64,000 bases of DNA from Tubulanus polymorphus (Eukaryota > Animalia > Nemertea), in assembly GCF_964204645.1 (NCBI RefSeq), contig NC_134033.1, positions 13,338,655-13,402,654 on the forward strand. The letters run 5' to 3'. The position numbers and the translations under genes were made by a program. The notes below the pieces were generated by a model, which ran no database searches, had not been told where the DNA came from, and saw only the letters and a program-made list of their open reading frames with translations. Shown one piece after another: positions 55,401 through 64,000 of this stretch. Position 1 is the first letter of the stretch. Every line of letters starts with the position of its first letter.

Positions 55401-57239
55401 AAATGTAGGTTTACTATACGTCAGTCTATATAGAGCGAAGCAAGACCTTTAAAAAGTGAAGTTATGTTGAATATTTATAAAACATCCGTTGGAGTAAAGA
55501 ATACACATCTTCCGCTTGTTTCGCTCTACAATTCTACTGTGAAAGCTGTGATAACAATCTAAACTTCTGCCTCAATTTTTCAAACACATTCAACCCGAAT
55601 TCCATCTGATTTAAATACAGTTTTCCAAACAAACGAATTCTAATCAAAATATCGAGGTTACCTATCCATCGAAACGGAAGCATATTTACAGTAAAATTCG
55701 GTTAACTCCATATCGGAATCGTCTAAAATAGTCGGTGAGTAATTCTAACATTTTAAAGCTCGCGAATGATATTTCAACTGAAAGTTTTAGCGCGGAAAAA
55801 ATTCGAAAGCTTCATATCGGATGCAGAGTATAGATCAGATTACTTAACAAACTACCTGAGTCCAACACGATCAAACTCTCTTCGACCCAAATCCGGATAG
55901 ACTTAATCCAGACAATATTCGCGGCCCATTTGTTCATTAATATACCAGAAAATGACTTTGAATCCGGATTTCCCGTAAACCGGATGAACTTTGTCGGCCC
56001 AGAATGCTCCGAATTAAGCGGACTTACTAACTTAACTTATAGAGAAAAAATACCTAATATTTCAACGCCAACAAATCCCACTTTTTCATGGATAGATTTA
56101 GGGCGATTGATTTAAAGAAACAATTTTTTATCTTTACGCGAAAAAGAATGACCGGACAATTCCCGTATCGTAATGAGAAATCTATAAACACCGAACAGAG
56201 AACAACGTGGAGGGAATAGAACTAAATCCAGAATGATAATCCGGTACACACAGCCACGCGCGCGCGAGTTTATCCTGATTAATCCTACACGAGAGTTAGT
56301 GCCGGTAACAACACTGCTTTATACTGAAACGGCTAACAGCACCGTACACAGTATTATACCGCACTACACTACTGCCCTCTCAATTTCATTCCCGGAACTC
56401 GGCGTAGAATTCATAAATATTGATCCTCCGTCAGTCTCCCCGCTAGGAAAAATACTCAACTATTTTACACCCGATATATATTTCTTAATTAGGTATGGAG
56501 CAGACGTAACAACGAGAAACGCTTACTCCGAGGGGATGCTTACAATACGCATTGTGTTATGCTTAAAAAAGGAAGTGAACGCGTTGTTTCCTTTCGTGTA
56601 CGGTTACCCGACCGAAATTCAAGTGTGTACCGATCAGATTCTTTTGATTCCGTATCGTGCTGCCGTCTGTGTGTTTTCGTAAACACCCATCAGGTGGCGT
56701 TCCGGTCGAAGATAAGGGGTTCGAGTAAACTAGGACGCCTTGAAAAACATGTCGATATTAGTTAATTATCTACAACAAATGACATGACATAGATAACATA
56801 AAACAGATCATCGATAAAGTTCTTTTGGATATCAATACCGATAATTGAATTGAATCGACCGGCAACCAGTCCAGCCCTGATATATCGATGATGTAAATCT
56901 TCTCAAAAAAGTTATCAAAAATTTGTCAAACAGAAAATAAGTCACGAAATATATCTAACGCCAATAATCGCCAAAATTCACAATTGTAATCGTTATTTTG
57001 ACATGCCTATATTGATGACGTAGTGCATATCAACTCACACAGAACCCGTTTAAATAACGCATAGTCGATATCAATGTATATAAACATCATTGTAACGGTT
57101 TTTACAGCGTCAAAAAACCCAACATTCACCGAAATGCAAAAATTTGATCAAGCCATCGTACTAAGAATATCAGTAATCAATGCATCATTATACTAACTTG
57201 AACGAGTTGATTAAATATGAGAGGTTGTTTGTAACTTAC

Positions 57240-57517
57240 ACAGTCGCCTCTACAACATCATACGAGCTATAACTGAAAATAGCATCATTCGACCGATCGT
57301 CCGAATCAGTGAACCGCGAGTCTTCATTCGTGAAACAATCCTGGTAACTCGTCGGGTCGTAGCCGATCGGCGTCAACGGCGACGACGACAACCTTTTAGT
57401 GCCCAGTTGATCGGTGAGCAGCTGTTCTAACTCGGAAGAATCGGACCCGATCGAAAAACTACGAATTCGTAAGCATTGGCGTTTTTTCGTCACCAACGTC
57501 ACCGGTGAATTCATCAT
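57240..57517 (-). CDS. Candidate alternative first coding exon of TSC22 (about 92 aa)
   Basis: MMNSPVTLVTKKRQCLRIRSFSIGSDSSE...VVEAT GT|GTAAGT, phase 2, in frame with the common exon; GC-richer than its flanks. Confidence 0.6.
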
Positions 57518-57960
57518 TCTTCGTTTACGCACGCTTTCAAACTTGTTAGTCGGGACACCACCAAACTGTTGCCTTCACCAATAAGAGTTCAGTTTATATC
57601 GCTTTCAACTTGAAATCCGTAATCATATTATTTCGTAATATGCCCAAATCCCGCTGTCGTGAAAAGATTATTCAAATCATCGTTTAAGCTTAATACTCGT
57701 ACACGCTACCAGTCTTATTTGTTTAAATAACAATAAACATACAAGATATGTGCCAGGTAATTCAAATCACTTCTATCACATCTATCGACCCATTTTGTTT
57801 TATCGTTATCAACAATTAGCTATAGACGTAGAAGAACCTTTGCCCACAGATAGTACACATATAGACTTCGAGAACAATCTAAACGAAGATTGGAAAGTTT
57901 TAGAACCTGGGAAATCAAATGATTAATGGATATCGCAAAGAAATAAAACTTTTCAGCGCG

Positions 57961-58578
57961 ATACCTCGATAGGTAGGTACCTCGATAGGTAGGTACCTCG
58001 ATAGGTAGGTACCTCGATAGGTAGATACCTCGATAGGTAGATACCTCGACAGGTAGATACCTCGATAGGTAGATACCTCGATAGGTAGATACCTCGACAG
58101 GTAGATACCTCGACAGGTAGATACCTCGACAGGTAGATACCTCGACAGGTAGATTCCTCGACAGGTAGATATCTCGATAGGTAGATACCTCGACAGGTAG
58201 GTACCTCGACAGGTAGATACCTCGACAGGTAGACACCTCGACAGGTAGGTACCTCGATAGGTAGATACCTCGATAAGTAGATACCTCGACAGGTAGATAC
58301 CTCGATAGGTAGGTACCTCGATGGGTAGATACCTCGACAGGTAGATACCTCGACGGGTAGGTACCTCGATAAGTAGATACCTCGATAAGTAGATACCTCG
58401 ACAGGTAGGTACCTCGATAGGTAGATACCTCGATAGGTAGGTACCTCGACAGGTAGATACCTCGACAGGTAGATACCTCGATAAGTAGATACCTCGACAG
58501 GTAGGTACCTCGATAGGTAGATACCTCGATAGGTAGGTACATCGACAGGTAGATACCTCGATAGGTAGATACCTCGAT
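57961..58578. repeat. Minisatellite, 16-bp unit RTACCTCGAYAGGTAG, about 38 copies
   Basis: Head-to-tail tandem units with no spacers; each unit contains the inverted pair TACCT / AGGTA. Confidence 0.96.
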
Positions 58579-59919
58579 CATGAATCTACTAAAACCTAGG
58601 ACCCAAAAGGGACACGGATCCTATGACCATTTGGTGACTATTAATATCCTATCACAAATTAATTACCTACTATTTTTTCTACCTTAAGTGCTTAATTCAA
58701 ACGAGACCTTTTTGAAAATATCAAAAACTTTAAACCGGTTACGTTCAACAACTAAAAATGAAGCTAAAATAATCCACGTATGATTTGAATGGAAATATAT
58801 ATTGATAAAACTGATAACGACAAAGATGAAAAATTTGAATATAATATATATAAACATATATCTAACAATTATACGTTTATTTTTCGGTTTTAACTCTTTG
58901 ACTACAAATACAACCAACGATGTCTACCATCATATCAGCAAACACACAGCAGCATTTTCAATTCAATAATGAATTGCGATCAATAAATACAAATCTCACG
59001 GTAGTAGGAACTTCAAATATGTCAAGTGAAATCTGATATCGGGTGTAATGAAGCAGCATCTCGAGATCACGACATTCAGCGGAGATTGTCAGTTGTAGTC
59101 GAAGAGTTAAAAAGAAGATGCTGATAAATTCATAAACTGGGGGAGATATTTTACACTAATAGAAAGTTAGATGGTGAAGAATTAATAAAAGATTCTGCGT
59201 GCCTTCGAGATCGTGAGCATTCTAATTCAAACGTTCGAAAGTATCAAATATCATTCAGTATCTCACGAAGCTTCAATTCAAAACTTGTCAAAATCAAAAA
59301 CAAATCTAAGTTAAGAGAGTTTAAAATGAATTTACTATTGTCACATCAATCGAGAAAGATTAATAAACAAAAAACACACACACACAAAATTCATATACGG
59401 TAAACAAAATACGATAAAACTACGAGGGTCAAATACTGAATACGGACGGGCTCTATTTACGGGCACTTACCCAATAGACGCATCAAAACTCTCGAGGAAA
59501 GTCTCAGAGAAAGGAGCTGGTCTTTAATAAAAGGAATAAAAAACATAATTCGCTCGATTATAACATCAATTTCAAATATATATATGTCGACGATAAAATG
59601 ACGCATGACTTCGAAAATGCGGGACACGATGGAATACACAAGAGATAAAAATGACGATATATTCATCGCAAAAACAACAACGAAGCCTTTCAACGCATTC
59701 AGTCTAGATTTACTCGTCGAGTACCCTGTAAATCGTGAATGAAATGACTGGCAGGTCGAGTCACTGATATCAATCTTAATATTTCAGAGTTAATAAGTAA
59801 AAATTTACAGTTGATGATTTAAATATATATGCATAATGTTTAAATGTGGTATGGGTGAGGGAGCGTTTGAATCTCATGGCGTTATACGTCCTCTCTCAAC
59901 GCACCATCATTCATAAAAC

Positions 59920-60084
59920 TCTATATCCGCGTGATGACGATAATCTATAGAGAATCACACAATAATATCGAAAAAATATTAAGTCCAGGGTTTTCCTTGA
60001 TTTTGAAGATGTCAAATAAACTACAAGATCAAGGAAACATTTCTGGACTTTTTATATGTTTTCGTTATTATTGCGGAATTCTCT
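59920..60084. mobile_element. Degenerate fold-back element related to the Penelope-like insertion at 32162
   Basis: Arms AGAGAATCACACAATAAT...AAGTCCAG..TTTCCTTGAT and ATCAAGGAAA..CTGGACTT...ATTATTGCGGAATTCTCT; preceded by CTATATCCG, as in the 32 kb copy. Confidence 0.55.
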
Positions 60085-62721
60085 GACAGATTTCCTCCTC
60101 TCTGCACGTATTTTTATTTAGACGCTGCTACAATATGCAGTCCCTGGGCAAGACACTATCCTAATTTCCTCTTTTCACTCCGGTGCCTAGTCTTAAAGAT
60201 GGCTCTTAAAGCGCTTGTAGTGGCTGAGATGTCACTTCTATCCAGCGCACCCCCAGGAGATGATTGACGCACAATTAGTCGAGAAGCTAGAGGTAATGAC
60301 ACGATGATACGTAATAATTATACCGGACGGATGTCATATAAAAAAAGTCGCTATAAAAAAAGTCGACGTAAATGTGGATATTGGCCCAATAAACATCAGT
60401 CTTCAGATAATCTACAAGCACCTGAAACTTGAAACTAACCCCAGGCTATACAAGACAATTGCATCATTTCAGAATATATATAGCATGTTACGCGATTACT
60501 ATCAACTAAATCATTGATATCAATGGTAAAATTTAAAACCTAAAATTCCCACCAGTGCGATAATTTCCAAAGGCGAGGCGAATTATCGTGAAATCAAGTG
60601 AATTGAAAATGATTGGTTGATTGAGCTAGTATTCTCACAGTATTCTCAAAACGCCTGATCAATCGACTCCTAACATCCGGGAAAAGTTAAAAACAAGGAT
60701 ATAGAAGTAGTAAGTAATAACTTGTATTCCTGACGATACCAAATATGCCAACATTCACAACTAACAATATTCTCACTCAGATTGAGATCAAAATGCTGTA
60801 CGCCACTTTTTACATTCACTTTTAGTAATTCAGCAGAAACAGTGAATTTGAAACCAAAGACACAAGTCATAAACAGGAGCGCATGAGAATTTCTGTCATC
60901 GTAAGGACAGTGCGAAATTTATGCACAAATTAATTTTCATGCTTTGTGCGTAATTCATGAGAAGGTGGAAAGATAAGGAATTAAACGCAAAAAAGGGTTC
61001 GTTGCGTGTTCGATCAGTGCAAGATTAAAATGCCTGATGGATTTGATGGAAAAGTGCATGGCATTGATAATTAACTCATCGTTTGATAGCTGCATAGCGT
61101 TAGGTGAGGCTAATGCCACAACCAGCGGGTAATCAAAAAATTGAATCGCATCTGATTTTAACATGACTTGAAGCTATGTACGATGCAGGTGCAATGCTGA
61201 CTGTGAGATCATCCGAACTAAATGGTGCTTAACTCACCGGCGTTCCGAACACATACTGCTATCATCATCCCATTCATGTACCTCTTTCATGCTGTCGCCC
61301 CAAAACTGAGTTGACAACCGTCGCCACAAATTACCATCAGGACTACGAGTGAATATAGAAGCAGCTTTGTGGTATTAGTTCAAGAAATAAAGTGTATAAA
61401 GTGATTCAGATAGACAACTAAACTATATGCGGTATGTATAATGACTGGTTTGTGATAGAACTGTATAAAGACAAAATGCCCTGTAAACGTGTGCAATGCT
61501 GTAAGGACAATGGTTTTGGCCAAAAAATTCCCTGATTCTTCATACCATCTTTTATATGGTTCATGATTTCAGCTTTCAATTGTATTAAGTGGTACATGTA
61601 GGAGCTTGTAAAAGGTGTTTCCTTTCAGTAGATATTTCTTGACTCTCTCCCACCAATCAGGAAAAAGGAAACACCAAACAGGTCCATATCATCTGAGCAC
61701 TCAGTGGCTTAAGGAAATGAAAAGAATCATCCAATTTCATTGGCAGTGAGTGATGACCCACAATTGTTACAGACTAAAAAGTTTATCTAAAATACAGCTA
61801 GAAATATTTCGGCTGGTTCCTACCACCCAAAATATTTCTGGTATTTTGAAAAAAACCTTCTAATCCTTAACAATTGTGGGATTTTTACATCTACTGTTTC
61901 ATCATATTGTGATCCTACTGATTCATCGCATGTTGATCCTGGCCATAGACATAATAGCCATTACTCGAAGGAGGGCTGATACTGAGACTAGGCAACAAAT
62001 CCTCATTGAGCTCATAAGATTCCTATCAACGAATTCAGATCCATCCAATTGTTCACGCATAATATATGTCCGAGAAGCAGACAATAAGTGCTGTACAAGC
62101 TTTGCCACTGTTGTGTTAAATATCTGCCAACACCTTTCACCAGCTCTGCAATAATCAGCTGTCTCCAGCAATGGCGCCAAACAACAATATCTATTTCTTC
62201 ACATTCGCATCTTCGCTGTGATTGAAATCCACCATTTTCCAATTCTTCATCTTCGACAAATGTCCATGATCAAAGTCCATAGAAATCACGCGCAAATTAA
62301 CAGAAGTATGGCGGGATGTAAGGAGACAAAAGCGACAATTTTCATCAAACACGTCATTTGACGAGATCTACCAATTCCGATATAATAGAACCGACGCAAC
62401 CAATCCAAATGAACTTACCCGGATTCAGACACTACATGATCTACACGAATTTGTTCATCCAAACATTGCTGTGACAAGCGACGCAAGAATTCGGCTCCAG
62501 CTCTGAATTACGTAAATACCAACATGTTAGAAAAACGACTGATATGCCTTTTGTGCATCAGCAGTTTTTGTCAGGTTTTCAAGATTTGCATATTCAAAAC
62601 GGGTAATGATTTAGTGACAGGCACTTCAACTATCACAGGTTATATGGGCTTAATGAAAGCATACCTTACGTCTAGCGCATGATGCTATGACAAGAAAAAT
62701 ACATGATGATAGACTACTCAC

Positions 62722-63818
62722 CGTCTTTCACTGCTATCCAAATTACTACTTTCATTCAAATACTGTCTTGACAGACGTCTAAACAACAGGTCAGCATGAA
62801 CTGGACTAAAGAATACGATAACAGCTATCACAAATCTATTATCAGCCGAAGTATGTTCATATTTTTTTAAAGGGTCATACATTTATTGAAAGAGTACCGT
62901 GGCATTTTATGAAGATCAAATGAAGCAAAGAAGCGTCATTCGATCGGCGAAATGATTCAGGCAGAGCAGAGTTCAACGATTGCGACGATTTGCCTCAATA
63001 TTAGTAAGCGAAAATCTTAAACGGCAGAGAGAACTGAAGAAGCGTTCACGCGAAAAACTAATCGTCGATATTCTTATTTCGGGAGCCAAAGATGAATGGA
63101 GCCAAAGATGATGGGCCATGCTTAAATGTCGAATACTCATGCAGCGATGTGGACAAGAAAAAACATAAGGCGTAAAATGTAAAATCAAAAGACAAACCAT
63201 TTCAGCAATATTCCTTTGCTTGCAACGAGCACGATTGCATAATAATCCTCGATGAGATACATTTAACCAAATTACGAGAATCGGCGAACTTAGAGAAATG
63301 ACCACGAATAACCTGAGCAAAAAATTCCAAAATCAATAGAGAATCAATAATGCCAAAACCAATGGAAGAATCCGCGATGCAACTTGCTATACAGAGTACC
63401 AACGGTAAAATACGTTTCATGAATGCGGTATATGCTGAATATTGACTTACTGCTGTTCTGAGCCAAACTGAGGAGAAACGCTGCGCTCTCTTTTCTCAAC
63501 TTGGAGATAATGAGGATCTGAAATACCTCGCCTCGGTGTTCGGTCAAATTTACAAAGTTCTTGCAGATGAAATGGAGAAATGTCACTTTTCCTCATATCA
63601 TCGCCGCCAAAGGCAACCGGGGACATGCTATGGCTCTGATTAGTCCACGTATCTGGTTCCAAATAGCTAGTTAGTTGAACAGTTGGTACAGATGGGTTCC
63701 AAGCCGATCCAGTACGTCTGTTATGTTCGTCGCTGTCGTCAATTGTTGTATGCAATTCATCGCGTGCAGGTGCAATTAATTGTCTTATAGGACCACACAA
63801 AATCTGACGAACAGCCAT
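62722..63818 (-). CDS. Candidate two-exon 5' module of TSC22 (63451-63818 and 62722-62805)
   Basis: The 122-aa frame ends EQ CA|GTAAGT (phase 2). An 84-nt exon TTCTTTAG|T CCA GTT...GAA AGA CG|GTGAGT is phase 2 at both ends. The spliced product reads ...[23 protein letters not shown]. Confidence 0.6.
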
Positions 63819-64000
63819 AGATCTAGCAAAATGTAATTACATGTGTATTGAAAAGAAGTTATGAGCTGCACGACTCATTACATCTTCAATTCGTAGTGAA
63901 AATGGTGTGTTATTTTGTTGTCTAATATTGATATAGTTACAATAACCGTTTCAAGGAATATTTCTGGTGGTTAGAATGCCTATATCCACAACCCCACTTA

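Noticed and set aside
56233-56682. 149-aa plus-strand ORF
   Set aside because: No recognisable motif or splice partners; it lies antisense within the TSC22 intronic region.
57820-58581. 253-aa repetitive ORF, or a CRISPR-like array
   Set aside because: It is the translation of a 16-bp minisatellite cycling through frames; there are no unique spacers and no cas genes, and the context is eukaryotic.
61876-62280. Overlapping 76-92 aa ORFs
   Set aside because: No family motif and no phase-compatible splice sites found.

Overview
AT-rich, intron-rich genomic DNA from an animal, most likely a non-vertebrate bilaterian; I cannot identify the species. There is no CRISPR array or prokaryotic system. 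I built gene models by hand from splice sites and exon phases. In order: the probable first coding exon of eIF4E2/4EHP (minus, runs off the left edge), head-to-head with a complete glypican (+); tRNA-Gln(CUG); a two-domain FAM151/Menorin-family gene (+) whose intron 6 contains an entire antisense ODAD4/TTC25 gene with an X-box-like promoter; an intronless class A GPCR; a 16-exon eIF2A; SERP1/RAMP4; and a TSC22/bunched gene with several candidate alternative phase-2 5' exons over about 20 kb. The most notable observations are: (1) the nested ODAD4; (2) a FAM151 whose degenerate and intact domains appear to be in the reverse order to mammalian FAM151A; (3) two consecutive minor-spliceosome (U12) introns, one GT-AG and one AT-AC, around a single eIF2A exon; (4) a young Penelope-like fold-back insertion carrying a hammerhead-ribozyme motif on both strands; (5) a TSC22-SERP-eIF2A block that is also found in human; (6) a candidate 12-nt glypican microexon; (7) a 16-bp minisatellite made of hairpin units. 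Family assignments rest on recalled motifs, not database searches.
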